Source: Auanema rhodensis (Eukaryota > Animalia > Nematoda). Taken from it: a stretch of 64,000 bases of DNA. Below are positions 39,801-52,976 of this stretch, piece by piece. A model generated the notes under the pieces. That model saw only the letters and a list, made by a program, of their open reading frames with translations. It was not told the DNA's origin and searched no databases. The position numbers were made by a program, and so were the translations under genes. Positions within the stretch are counted from its first letter, which is position 1. Every line of letters starts with the position of its first letter. The DNA is taken from the NCBI GenBank assembly GCA_964057225.1, contig OZ059895.1:4836001-4900000 (forward strand), given 5' to 3'.

Positions 39801-42800
39801 AAAAAGTAGATGTTTTTAGATTCTTTTTTTCAAGGCAAAGACGATGGACAATGTTATTCAACGAAAAAATTAATTCTTCAGGGTGAAAATCGAGGATATA
39901 AGTGTGAACATATATCAGTTGATATCTCGGTGCATTTTCAAGCTAGCGCAAATCTGATAACACAGATCGACGCAGCTTAAAAATCCGCATCGAATGCACT
40001 ATACTTCATTGAGAAACGCTTAATACAAAAATTAGTTATGATCGTTTGAAAAATGATGCATTAGTGTATGTTGAGTTTCCATGTACACTCAACATTGCTT
40101 CCAAAAACATTTTGACAAAAATTTTTTCGAAAAATTTCAAAATAATTTAGCAAAAAGTAGATGTTTTTAGATTCTTTTTTTCAAGGCAAAGACGATGGAC
40201 AATGTTATTCAACGAAAAAATTAATTCTTCAGGGTGAAAATCGAGGATATAAGTGTGAACTTATATCAGTTGATATCTCGGTGCATTTTTAAGCTAGCGC
40301 AAATCTGATAACACAGATCGACGCAGCTTACAAATCCGCATCGAATGCACTATACTACATTGAGAAACGCTCAATACAAAAATTAGTTATGATCGTTTGA
40401 AAAATGATGCATTAGTGTATGTTGAGTTTCCATGTACACTCAACATTGCTTTCAAAAACATTTTGACAAAAATTTTTTCGAAAAATTTCAAAATAATTTA
40501 GCAAAAAGTAGATGTTTTTAGATTCCTTTTCTCAAGGCAAAGACGATGGACAATGTTATTCAACGAAAAAATTAATTCTTCAGGGTGAAAATCGAGGATA
40601 TAAGTGTGAACTTATATCAGTTGATATCTCGGTGCATTTTCAAGCTAGCGCAAATCTGATAACACAGATCGACGCAGCTTAAAAATCCGCATTTAATGCA
40701 CTATACTACATTGAAAAACGCTTAATACAAAAATTAGTTATGATCGTTCGAAAAATGATGCATTAGTGTATGTTGAGTTTCCATGTACACTCAACATTGC
40801 TTCCAAAAACATTTTGACAAAAATTTTTTCGAAAAATTTCAAAATAATTTAGCAAAAAGTAGATGTTTTTAGATTCTTTTTTTCAAGGCAAAGACGATGG
40901 ACAATGTTATTCAACGAAAAAATTAATTCTTCAGGGTGAAAATCGAGGATATAAGTGTGAACTTATATCAGTTGATATCTCGGTGCATTTTCAAGCTAGC
41001 GCAAATCTGATAACACAGATCGACGCAGCTTAAAAATCCGCATCGAATGCACTATACTTCATTGAGAAACGCTTAATACAAAAATTAGTTATGATCGTTT
41101 GAAAAATGATGCATTAGTGTATGTTGAGTTTCCATGTACACTCAACATTGCTTCCAAAAACATTTTGACAAAAATTTTTTCGAAAAATTTCAAAATAATT
41201 TAGCAAAAAGTAGATGTTTTTAGATTCTTTTTTTCAAGGCAAAGACGATGGACAATGTTATTCAACGAAAAAATTAATTCTTCAGGGTGAAAATCGAGGA
41301 TATAAGTGTGAACTTATATCAGTTGATATCTCGGTGCATTTTTAAGCTAGCGCAAATCTGATAACACAGATCGACGCAGCTTAAAAATCCGCATCGAATG
41401 CACTATACTACATTGAGAAACGCTCAATACAAAAATTAGTTATGATCGTTTGAAAAATGATGCATTAGTGTATGTTGAGTTTCCATGTACACTCAACATT
41501 GCTTTCAAAAACATTTTGACAAAAATTTTTTCGAAAAATTTCAAAATAATTTAGCAAAAAGTAGATGTTTTTAGATTCCTTTTCTCAAGGCAAAGACGAT
41601 GGACAATGTTATTCAACGAAAAAATTAATTCTTCAGGGTGAAAATCGAGGATATAAGTGTGAACTTATATCAGTTGATATCTCGGTGCATTTTCAAGCTA
41701 GCGCAAATCTGATAACACAGATCGACGCAGCTTAAAAATCCGCATTTAATGCACTATACTACATTGAAAAACGCTTAATACAAAAATTAGTTATGATCGT
41801 TCGAAAAATGATGCATTAGTGTATGTTGAGTTTCCATGTACACTCAACATTGCTTCCAAAAACATTTTGACAAAAATTTTTTCGAAAAATTTCAAAATAA
41901 TTTAGCAAAAAGTAGATGTTTTTAGATTCTTTTTTTCAAGGCAAAGACGATGGACAATGTTATTCAACGAAAAAATTAATTCTTCAGGGTGAAAATCGAG
42001 GATATAAGTGTGAACTTATATCAGTTGATATCTCGGTGCATTTTTAAGCTAGCGCAAATCTGATAACACAGATCGACGCAGCTTAAAAATCCGCATCGAA
42101 TGCACTATACTTCATTGAGAAACGCTTAATACAAAAATTAGTTATGATCGTTTGAAAAATGATGCATTAGTGTATGTTGAGTTTCCATGTACACTCAACA
42201 TTGCTTCCAAAAACATTTTGACAAAAATTTTTTCGAAAAATTTCAAAATAATTTAGCAAAAAGTAGATGTTTTTAGATTCTTTTTTTCAAGGCAAAGACG
42301 ATGGACAATGTTATTCAACGAAAAAATTAATTCTTCAGGGTGAAAATCGAGGATATAAGTGTGAACTTATATCAGTTGATATCTCGGTGCATTTTTAAGC
42401 TAGCGCAAATCTGATAACACAGATCGACGCAGCTTAAAAATCCGCATCGAATGCACTATACTACATTGAGAAACGCTCAATACAAAAATTAGTTATGATC
42501 GTTTGAAAAATGATGCATTAGTGTATGTTGAGTTTCCATGTACACTCAACATTGCTTCCAAAAACATTTTGACAAAAATTTTTTCGAAAAATTTCAGAAT
42601 AATTTAGCAAAAAGTAGATGTTTTTAGATTCTTTTTTTCAAGGCAAAGACGATGGACAATGTTTTTCAACGAAAAAATTAATTCTTCAGGGTGAAAATCG
42701 AGGATATAAGTGTGAACTTATATCAGTTGATATCTCGGTGCATTTTCAAGCTAGCGCAAATCTGATAACACAGATCGACGCAGCTTAAAAATCCGCATTT

Positions 42801-45800
42801 AATGCACTATACTACATTGAAAAACGCTTAATACGAAAATTAGTTATGATCGTTCGAAAAATGATGCATTAGTGTATGTTGAGTTTCCATGTACACTCAA
42901 CATTGCTTCCAAAAACATTTTGACAAAAATTTTTTCGAAAAATTTCAAAATAATTTAGCAAAAAGTAGATGTTTTTAGATTCTTTTTTTCAAGGCAAAGA
43001 CGATGGACAATGTTATTCAACGAAAAAATTAATTCTTCAGGGTGAAAATCGAGGATATAAGTGTGAACTTATATCAGTTGATATCTCGGTGCATTTTTAA
43101 GCTAGCGCAAATCTGATAACACAGATCGACGCAGCTTAAAAATCCGCATCGAATGCACTATACTTCATTGAGTAACGCTTAATACAAAAATTAGTTATGA
43201 TCGTTTGAAAAATGATGCATTAGTGTATGTTGAGTTTCCATGTACACTCAACATTGCTTCCAAAAACATTTTGACAAAAATTTTTTCGAAAAATTTCAAA
43301 ATAATTTAGCAAAAAGTAGATGTTTTTAGATTCTTTTTTTCAAGGCAAAGACGATGGACAATGTTATTCAACGAAAAAATTAATTCTTCAGGGTGAAAAT
43401 CGAGGATATAAGTGTGAACTTATATCAGTTGATATCTCGGTGCATTTTTAAGCTAGCGCAAATCTGATAACACAGATCGACGCAGCTTAAAAATCCGCAT
43501 CGAATGCACTATACTACATTGAGAAACGCTCAATACAAAAATTAGTTATGATCGTTTGAAAAATGATGCATTAGTGTATGTTGAGTTTCCATGTACACTC
43601 AACATTGCTTCCAAAAACATTTTGACAAAAATTTTTTCGAAAAATTTCAGAATAATTTAGCAAAAAGTAGATGTTTTTAGATTCTTTTTTTCAAGGCAAA
43701 GACGATGGACAATGTTTTTCAACGAAAAAATTAATTCTTCAGGGTGAAAATCGAGGATATAAGTGTGAACTTATATCAGTTGATATCTCGGTGCATTTTC
43801 AAGCTAGCGCAAATCTGATAACACAGATCGACGCAGCTTAAAAATCCGCATTTAATGCACTATACTACATTGAAAAACGCTTAATACGAAAATTAGTTAT
43901 GATCGTTCGAAAAATGATGCATTAGTGTATGTTGAGTTTCCATGTACACTCAACATTGCTTCCAAAAACATTTTGACAAAAATTTTTTCGAAAAATTTCA
44001 AAATAATTTAGCAAAAAGTAGATGTTTTTAGATTCTTTTTTTCAAGGCAAAGACGATGGACAATGTTATTCAACGAAAAAATTAATTCTTCAGGGTGAAA
44101 ATCGAGGATATAAGTGTGAACTTATATCAGTTGATATCTCGGTGCATTTTTAAGCTAGCGCAAATCTGATAACACAGATCGACGCAGCTTAAAAATCCGC
44201 ATCGAATGCACTATACTTCATTGAGTAACGCTTAATACAAAAATTAGTTATGATCGTTTGAAAAATGATGCATTAGTGTATGTTGAGTTTCCATGTACAC
44301 TCAACATTGCTTCCAAAAACATTTTGACAAAAATTTTTTCGAAAAATTTCAAAATAATTTAGCAAAAAGTAGATGTTTTTAGATTCTTTTTTTCAAGGCA
44401 AAGACGATGGACAATGTTATTCAACGAAAAAATTAATTCTTCAGGGTGAAAATCGAGGATATAAGTGTGAACTTATATCAGTTGATATCTCGGTGCATTT
44501 TTAAGCTAGCGCAAATCTGATAACACAGATCGACGCAGCTTAAAAATCCGCATCGAATGCACTATACTACATTGAGAAACGCTCAATACAAAAATTAGTT
44601 ATGATCGTTTGAAAAATGATGCATTAGTGTATGTTGAGTTTCCATGTACACTCAACATTGCTTCCAAAAACATTTTGACAAAAATTTTTTCGAAAAATTT
44701 CAAAATAATTTAGCAAAAAGTAGATGTTTTTAGATTCTTTTTTTCAAGGCAAAGACGATGGACAATGTTTTTCAACGAAAAAATTAATTCTTCAGTGTGA
44801 AAATCGAGGATATAAGTGTGAACTTATATCAGTTGATATCTCGGTGCATTTTCAAGCTAGCGCAAATCTGATAACACAGATCGACGCAGCTTAAAAATCC
44901 GCATCGAATGCACTATACCTCATTGAGAAACGCTTAATACAAAAATTAGTTATGATCGTTTGAAAAATGATGCATTAGTGTATGTTGAGTTTCCATGTAC
45001 ACTCAACATTGCTTCCAAAAACATTTTGACAAAAATTTTTTCGAAAAATTTCAAAATAATTTAGCAAAAAGTAGATGTTTTTAGATTCCTTTTCTCAAGG
45101 CAAAGACGATGGACAATGTTATTCAACGAAAAAATTAATTCTTCAGGGTGAAAATCGAGGATATAAGTGTGAACTTATATCAGTTGATATCTCGGTGCAT
45201 TTTCAAGCTAGCGCAAATCTGATAACACAGATCGACGCAGCTTAAAAATCCGCATTTAATGCACTATACTACATTGAAAAACGCTTGATACAAAAATTAG
45301 TTATGATCGTTCGAAAAATGATGCATTAGTGTATGTTGAGTTTCCATGTACACTCAACATTGCTTCCAAAAACATTTTGACAAAAATTTTTTCGAAAAAT
45401 TTCAAAATAATTTAGCAAAAAGTAGATGTTTTTAGATTCTTTTTTTCAAGGCAAAGACGATGGACAATGTTATTCAACGAAAAAATTAATTCTTCAGGGT
45501 GAAAATCGAGGATATAAGTGTGAACTTATATCAGTTGATATCTCGGTGCATTTTTAAGCTAGCGCAAATCTGATAACACAGATCGACGCAGCTTAAAAAT
45601 CCGCATCGAATGCACTATACTACATTGAGAAACGCTCAATACAAAAATTAGTTATGATCGTTTGAAAAATGATGCATTAGTGTATGTTGAGTTTCCATGT
45701 ACACTCAACATTGCTTCCAAAAACATTTTGACAAAAATTTTTTCGAAAAATTTCAGAATAATTTAGCAAAAAGTAGATGTTTTTAGATTCTTTTTTTCAA

Positions 45801-48800
45801 GGCAAAGACGATGGACAATGTTTTTCAACGAAAAAATTAATTCTTCAGGGTGAAAATCGAGGATATAAGTGTGAACTTATATCAGTTGATATCTCGGTGC
45901 ATTTTCAAGCTAGCGCAAATCTGATAACACAGATCGACGCAGCTTAAAAATCCGCATTTAATGCACTATACTACATTGAAAAACGCTTAATACAAAAATT
46001 AGTTATGATCGTTCGAAAAATGATGCATTAGTGTATGTTGAGTTTCCATGTACACTCAACATTGCTTCCAAAAACATTTTGACAAAAATTTTTTCGAAAA
46101 ATTTCAAAATAATTTAGCAAAAAGTAGATGTTTTTAGATTCTTTTTTTCAAGGCAAAGACGATGGACAATGTTATTCAACGAAAAAATTAATTCTTCAGG
46201 GTGAAAATCGAGGATATAAGTGTGAACTTATATCAGTTGATATCTCGGTGCATTTTTAAGCTAGCGCAAATCTGATAACACAGATCGACGCAGCTTAAAA
46301 ATCCGCATCGAATGCACTATACTTCATTGAGAAACGCTTAATACAAAAATTAGTTATGATCGTTTGAAAAATGATGCATTAGTGTATGTTGAGTTTCCAT
46401 GTACACTCAACATTGCTTCCAAAAACATTTTGACAAAAATTTTTTCGAAAAATTTCAAAATAATTTAGCAAAAAGTAGATGTTTTTAGATTCTTTTTTTC
46501 AAGGCAAAGACGATGGACAATGTTATTCAACGAAAAAATTAATTCTTCAGGGTGAAAATCGAGGATATAAGTGTGAACTTATATCAGTTGATATCTCGGT
46601 GCATTTTTAAGCTAGCGCAAATCTGATAACACAGATCGACGCAGCTTAAAAATCCGCATCGAATGCACTATACTACATTGAGAAACGCTCAATACAAAAA
46701 TTAGTTATGATCGTTTGAAAAATGATGCATTAGTGTATGTTGAGTTTCCATGTACACTCAACATTGCTTCCAAAAACATTTTGACAAAAATTTTTTCGAA
46801 AAATTTCAGAATAATTTAGCAAAAAGTAGATGTTTTTAGATTCTTTTTTTCAAGGCAAAGACGATGGACAATGTTTTTCAACGAAAAAATTAATTCTTCA
46901 GGGTGAAAATCGAGGATATAAGTGTGAACTTATATCAGTTGATATCTCGGTGCATTTTCAAGCTAGCGCAAATCTGATAACACAGATCGACGCAGCTTAA
47001 AAATCCGCATTTAATGCACTATACTACATTGAAAAACGCTTAATACAAAAATTAGTTATGATCGTTCGAAAAATGATGCATTAGTGTATGTTGAGTTTCC
47101 ATGTACACTCAACATTGCTTCCAAAAACATTTTGACAAAAATTTTTTCGAAAAATTTCAAAATAATTTAGCAAAAAGTAGATGTTTTTAGATTCTTTTTT
47201 TCAAGGCAAAGACGATGGACAATGTTATTCAACGAAAAAATTAATTCTTCAGGGTGAAAATCGAGGATATAAGTGTGAACTTATATCAGTTGATATCTCG
47301 GTGCATTTTTAAGCTAGCGCAAATCTGATAACACAGATCGACGCAGCTTAAAAATCCGCATCGAATGCACTATACTTCATTGAGAAACGCTTAATACAAA
47401 AATTAGTTATGATCGTTTGAAAAATGATGCATTAGTGTATGTTGAGTTTCCATGTACACTCAACATTGCTTCCAAAAACATTTTGACAAAAATTTTTTCG
47501 AAAAATTTCAAAATAATTTAGCAAAAAGTAGATGTTTTTAGATTCTTTTTTTCAAGGCAAAGACGATGGACAATGTTATTCAACGAAAAAATTAATTCTT
47601 CAGGGTGAAAATCGAGGATATAAGTGTGAACTTATATCAGTTGATATCTCGGTGCATTTTTAAGCTAGCGCAAATCTGATAACACAGATCGACGCAGCTT
47701 AAAAATCCGCATCGAATGCACTATACTACATTGAGAAACGCTCAATACAAAAATTAGTTATGATCGTTTGAAAAATGATGCATTAGTGTATGTTGAGTTT
47801 CCATGTACACTCAACATTGCTTCCAAAAACATTTTGACAAAAATTTTTTCGAAAAATTTCAAAATAATTTAGCAAAAAGTAGATGTTTTTAGATTCTTTT
47901 TTTCAAGGCAAAGACGATGGACAATGTTATTCAACGAAAAAATTAATTCTTCAGGGTGAAAATCGAGGATATAAGTGTGAACTTATATCAGTTGATATCT
48001 CGGTGCATTTTTAAGCTAGCGCAAATCTGATAACACAGATCGACGCAGCTTAAAAATCCGCATCGAATGCACTATACTACATCGAGAAACGCTTGATACA
48101 AAAATTAGTTATGATCGTTTGAAAAATGATGCATTAGTGTATGTTGAGTTTCCATGTACACTCAACATTGCTTCCAAAAACATTTTGACAAAAATTTTTT
48201 CGAAAAATTTCAAAATAATTTAGCAGAAAGTAGATGTTTTTAGATTCTTTTTTTCAAGGCAAAGACGATGGACAATGTTATTCAACGAAAAAATTAATTC
48301 TTCAGGGTGAAAATCGAGGATATAAGTGTGAACTTATATCAGTTGATATCTCGGTGCATTTTTAAGCTAGCGCAAATCTGATAACACAGATCGACGCAGC
48401 TTAAAAATCCGCATCGAATGCACTATACTACATTGAGAAACGCTCAATACAAAAATTAGTTATGATCGTTTGAAAAATGATGCATTAGTGTATGTTGAGT
48501 TTCCATGTACACTCAACATTGCTTCCAAAAACATTTTGACAAAAATTTTTTCGAAAAATTTCAGAATAATTTAGCAAAAAGTAGATGTTTTTAGATTCTT
48601 TTTTTCAAGGCAAAGACGATGGACAATGTTTTTCAACGAAAAAATTAATTCTTCAGTGTGAAAATCGAGGATATAAGTGTGAACTTATATCAGTTGATAT
48701 CTCGGTGCATTTTCAAGCTAGCGCAAATCTGATAACACAGATCGACGCAGCTTAAAAATCCGCATCGAATGCACTATACCTCATTGAGAAACGCTTAATA

Positions 48801-49531
48801 CAAAAATTAGTTATGATCGTTTGAAAAATGATGCATTAGTGTATGTTGAGTTTCCATGTACACTCAACATTGCTTCCAAAAACATTTTGACAAAAATTTT
48901 TTCGAAAAATTTCAAAATAATTTAGCAAAAAGTAGATGTTTTTAGATTCCTTTTTTCAAGGCAAAGACGATGGACAATGTTATTCAACGAAAAAATTAAT
49001 TCTTCAGGGTGAAAATCGAGGTTATAAGTGTGAACTTATATCAGTTGATATCTCGGTGCATTTTCAAGCTAGCGCAAATCTGATAACACAGATCGACGCA
49101 GCTTAAAAATCCGCATCGAATGCACTATACTTCATTGAGAAACGCTTAATACAAAAATTAGTTATGATCGTTTGAAAAATGATGCATTAGTGTATGTTGA
49201 GTTTCCATGTACACTCAACATTGCTTCCAAAAACATTTTGACAAAAATTTTTTCGAAAAATTTCAAAATAATTTAGCAAAAAGTAGATGTTTTTAGATTC
49301 CTTTTTTCAAGGCAAAGACGATGGACAATGTTATTCAACGAAAAAATTAATTCTTCAGGGTGAAAATCGAGGATATAAGTGTGAACTTATATCAGTTGAT
49401 ATCTCGGTGCATTTTTAAGCTAGCGCAAATCTGATAACACAGATCGACGCAGCTTAAAAATCCGCATCGAATGCACTATACTACATTGAGAAACGCTTAA
49501 TACAAAAATTAGTTATGATCGTTTGAAAAAT

Positions 49532-49725
49532 AGAATTTTTTTACTATAATAAGACGTAAAAAAGAGATTATATTTATTCGACTGTTAGCTATATTGTTTA
49601 CATTGACCTCACGTTACAAAAAAAAAATTTTTTTGAATAGGGTAATAAGACCGTGGGAAAGGCGGGCTTTAAGTATTGGCGGGAACCGGGTTCTCAAGTA
49701 AATTCTATCAGTAAAACACTTCATA
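49532..49725 (-). repeat. DIRS copy 2 3' ITR (49567-49725) plus extension (49532-49566)
   Basis: Matches 13457-13651 apart from one SNP and a 1-bp homopolymer difference. Confidence 0.92.
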
Positions 49726-49911
49726 ATTTCTAAAAAGTTAAAGGGGATACAAAACGATACTGACAGAGAGATCTTCGGATAAGGATGAGCAGGATCTATC
49801 TTCTTGGAACTGGGTTCTTCGAGGGGCGTCGGAATCTAAAGAAAAACGTAATCTAGAGAGCGCGAGGAAGGGACTCCGTAGGTGGAGACCAAGGGGTGGA
49901 AGGTGGGACTC

Positions 49912-49989
49912 CAGTCGAATAAATATAATCTCTTTTTTACGTCTTATTATAGTAAAAAAATTCTATTATATTTATTCGACTGTTAGCTA
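49912..49989. repeat. DIRS copy 2 ICR
   Basis: Perfect reverse complement of its own terminus 49532-49584, followed by the complement of the 5' ITR tip. Confidence 0.92.
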
Positions 49990-50832
49990 GTTAAAGAAAA
50001 TAAGGAGTCCTGGAAAGAGCGTCTCTTGCAATAGTGTTTGAAGAAGGTGCTTTCCGAGGCCCAGTTAGCTGCGTCTAAGATAGTTTTGACAGGCAGTCCA
50101 TTCTTAAAAGCTTTGGACGTAGCGGCAGCACGTACTGAGTGAGCTTTGAATTTTGTGGGGATTCCCGCTTCTTCTAGGCAAGTTCTAATCCAACCCGCTA
50201 CCGTAGTTGCGACTACTGGTTCTCCTCTGTTAATGCTAACTAGAAGGTTTCGCGATCGACGAGTATGCATGGTAGCCGTCAGGTAGGCATTTATGCAATC
50301 AATGGGGCAGACAAGAGGGCGTTCTGAATGGCTTTCGAAACAAGCTTCGCGGGGAGGGCCCTTGCCCCTATTCTTGTTCCTGAATTCGATGAAGAAGGTG
50401 ACCCCTCGTGTGTCAAAGCATTGTAGTTACGGAATAGTGTTCAGCGAGAAGGCAGAGAGCCGCCCTTGCTGTAGCAGCTGAGGAAAAACCGTTGTTCTCT
50501 GCTCGATGGGCTAAGAAATTGGCAACAGTTTTTGCATTGGGGATGAACTCGATCTGGGATAGCTTGCAATAATTCTCCCAAGCTTTGTAAGCCGTGTTAT
50601 ATTGTTTTCGGGTACCAGGAGCGAAAGCGTTTACCAATAGTAGTTTGGTCTGGTCCGATATTCCTTCTATGTTGGCGGTGAAATCCTCCACGCCGCCAGG
50701 AAAAAATTTCTTGTCCCCAGGAGGGGGTGAGAGTTGCCTTTCTTGTCTTGGAGAAGGCTGGGATGATGGAGGCTCATTGGGGGTTCCTGGACTAGTTGGG
50801 ACAGAAGGGGAAACCAGATCTGGCTTTTCCAA
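49983..50832 (-). pseudogene. Tyrosine recombinase pseudogene (internal deletion, frameshift)
   Basis: Copy-1 bases 14346-14586 (241 bp, including the catalytic Arg motif) are replaced by ATTGT at 50420-50424. The ORF is split into 50413-50832 and 49983-50270. Confidence 0.93.
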
Positions 50833-52379
50833 AGTGGAGCGATCAGGATGGCCTGTCGTCCTGAGTCTGCCAACTTGTTGATGGTCCTCTTGAGGAGGTG
50901 GAAGGGCGGGAAGACGAAGAGAAGTCCTTGCGGCAGCAGTTTCCAGTTGTGAGAGAAGGCGTCTACGCAGAATGCGTTCTCGTCTAGAAGGAAAGAGCAG
51001 TAAAGTGGTGCCTTTGCGTTCCAGGAGGATGCAAAAAGATCAAATGTAGGGGTACCGAATCTTTGGAAAATACTCGCAGTCGTCTCCGGATGGAGGGACC
51101 AATCTTCGTGAAGGCATCTACCCCTGGAGAGTTGGTCTGCGATGTGATTCAGTCTGCCGGCGATGTGCGTTGCTCTGACTCGGATATTGCGCTCCCTGCA
51201 GAAGTGCCAGAGCTTACGGGCTATTTCCGAACCTCGTTCTGAGGCCGAGCCACCCCGCCTGTTGATGTAAGTTATCGCCGATGTGTTATCGATTAACAGT
51301 AACACGTCAATATTGCACCACTCAGTGCCGAAATGGACCAGGGCTTTGAAGGCCGCAATAAGTTCCAACCAGTTTATGTGATAAGCATATTTCTCCTCGA
51401 TTGACCATTTCCCTGAGATAGTGTTGCCTTCCCATGATGCTCCATATCCTTCACCGGAGGCGTCCGATGTAATGGACAGGGATGGAGAGAAGGGTACAAG
51501 TGAACTCGGGGAGCCTAGTGTGCAAGATTCTTCTGATAGGAAGGCACGTAAGGTATCCCGAAGGTCTCCTACAATAGAGACCTGAGCGGAGAGCTCGTTG
51601 GGGTCGTTTAGGTTGGGAAAACCTATGTCTCGTAAATCTCTTTGAGTTTGTCTAACCCAAAAGGAAAAATGTGGGTGTACCACAGTGGCGAAGTTGATTC
51701 TCCCGAGGAGGGAGGCCAGTTTCCGGAGTGGGGAGGCCTGGGATCTGAGAAGGACCGACAGGGAGGTGCTTATAGCCTCCCGTTTCTCTGTTGGCAGGCG
51801 CCATTCAAGTGAGCGCGTGTCTATTTCTAAACCTAGAAAATCGAGCGATTGGGTAGGGCTTAAGATGGATTTAAGCATGTTAATAGAGAAACCCGCGTCA
51901 CGGAATAGATCTATAGCACGAGACGCATGATCGGCCACTCTTGTGGCTGACCTGTCTAGAAAAAGCCAGTCGTCAAGGTAGTTGATTAGGCGAATTCCCT
52001 GATCCCTGAGGAGCGCTGCAAGCACCCTCATCAGCTTATGAAACACGTATGGGGCTGCGTTTAGGCCGAAAGGAAGGACGCAGAACACGTATGATCTGCC
52101 CTCTATATCAAAGCCCAGGTAGGGTTGATGTTCTATTGCCACAGGGATAGAATGATAGGCCGACTGGAAGTCCACCTTGCATAACCAATCATTGCGTTGC
52201 AACACCGATGGGAGGTCCCTAACGGATTCCAGCTTGAACCGGGGTGTCTCTATGAAGGTGTTAAGCGTCTTCAAGTTGAGGATAAAGCGGCTGGACCCAT
52301 CGGACTTGGGTACTAGAAAAGTAGAGAACCGGAAGATCCTTTCCCCAGGTCTAGCCGGTCTGATTGCCCCCGTCTCCAA
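50667..52379 (-). CDS. pol: DIRS Pol (RT-RNase H-MT), copy 2, intact
   Basis: 570 aa, same as copy 1 except one visible P>S change (NELPA/NELSA). YLDD and RNase H motifs are intact. Confidence 0.93.
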   Translation of the reverse strand: METGAIRPARPGERIFRFSTFLVPKSDGSSRFILNLKTLNTFIETPRFKLESVRDLPSVLQRNDWLCKVDFQSAYHSIPVAIEHQPYLGFDIEGRSYVFCVLPFGLNAAPYVFHKLMRVLAALLRDQGIRLINYLDDWLFLDRSATRVADHASRAIDLFRDAGFSINMLKSILSPTQSLDFLGLEIDTRSLEWRLPTEKREAISTSLSVLLRSQASPLRKLASLLGRINFATVVHPHFSFWVRQTQRDLRDIGFPNLNDPNELSAQVSIVGDLRDTLRAFLSEESCTLGSPSSLVPFSPSLSITSDASGEGYGASWEGNTISGKWSIEEKYAYHINWLELIAAFKALVHFGTEWCNIDVLLLIDNTSAITYINRRGGSASERGSEIARKLWHFCRERNIRVRATHIAGRLNHIADQLSRGRCLHEDWSLHPETTASIFQRFGTPTFDLFASSWNAKAPLYCSFLLDENAFCVDAFSHNWKLLPQGLLFVFPPFHLLKRTINKLADSGRQAILIAPLWKSQIWFPLLSQLVQEPPMSLHHPSLLQDKKGNSHPLLGTRNFFLAAWRISPPT

Positions 52380-52509
52380 AAGCTCCGCAAGGAGAGGGTT
52401 AGCCGGAAGGGATTGCGGTAACGATGTCAGATTTGACAGAAGGCGCTTAGGTTTACTCCCTGCGAAAGGGAGGCGGTAGCCTTTTACCGTCTGAAGGATA
52501 TCCTGGTCT

Positions 52510-52976
52510 TTAGAGAGGGAACCCCAAAAGTCTAGGTGGGACGAAAGAGCACCTGCTATAGGAGTTAGCCTTGTGGATGGGTCGTGTTGATGGTCCAGAT
52601 CGATGGTTCGATGACGGTCTTGGACGTTGATGATCTCGGGAACTTGAATTGGTTCTTGAGTTTCTAGAGAGTTCAGAGAAAGCCGAGATTTCTGCCCTTA
52701 GCTTCTTTCCGAAGAGTTCCGGGACTGAGTCCTGAGAATAAAGATTAATAGACGTTGGTCGCTTATGGCATCCTACCTCCTGAGAGTTGTCGAGAGACAT
52801 GGTAGAACCGTAGAGCGGGGCCCTTTTGTAGCTAGGCATAGCCTTGATGGGCTGAGAGTACTTCATTTTAAGAAGTGCGATCTCTCTGAGGTGAGTATAA
52901 TCCGTCTTGATATTGGCGCTGAGGAATCTTTCTGTCACGTTGATGTATGCCTGTTGTTTGGAGGAAAGTGGAGACT
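52510..52976 (-). pseudogene. gag: 3' fragment of DIRS gag-like ORF, disrupted by LTR element insertion
   Basis: Matches copy 1 gag from SPLSSKQQ onward. An extra 5 bp near 52647 gives a different R/S-rich tail. Confidence 0.75.

Larger units (their letters stand above)
17871..49531. repeat. Tandem satellite array, 351 bp monomer (~88 copies) containing two solo-LTR insertions
   Basis: Same monomer and orientation as 1-13456. (31661 - 2x387)/351 is about 88.0. Diagnostic variants show local higher-order periods of 1053, 1404 and 2106 bp. Confidence 0.99.
49532..52976 (-). mobile_element. DIRS retrotransposon copy 2 (YR deletion; interrupted in gag by the gypsy element)
   Basis: Near-identical to 13457-17133 (about a dozen substitutions by eye, plus indels). 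Same GAAAAAT|AGAATTTT junction. Identity stops at GAGACT(TGT), ~52976-52979. Confidence 0.95.

Noticed and set aside
1-49531. CRISPR array or tandem RNA-gene (5S, SL, tRNA) cluster
   Set aside because: No unique spacers and no cas genes; no recognisable 5S, spliced-leader, tRNA or Pol III box sequence in the monomer.
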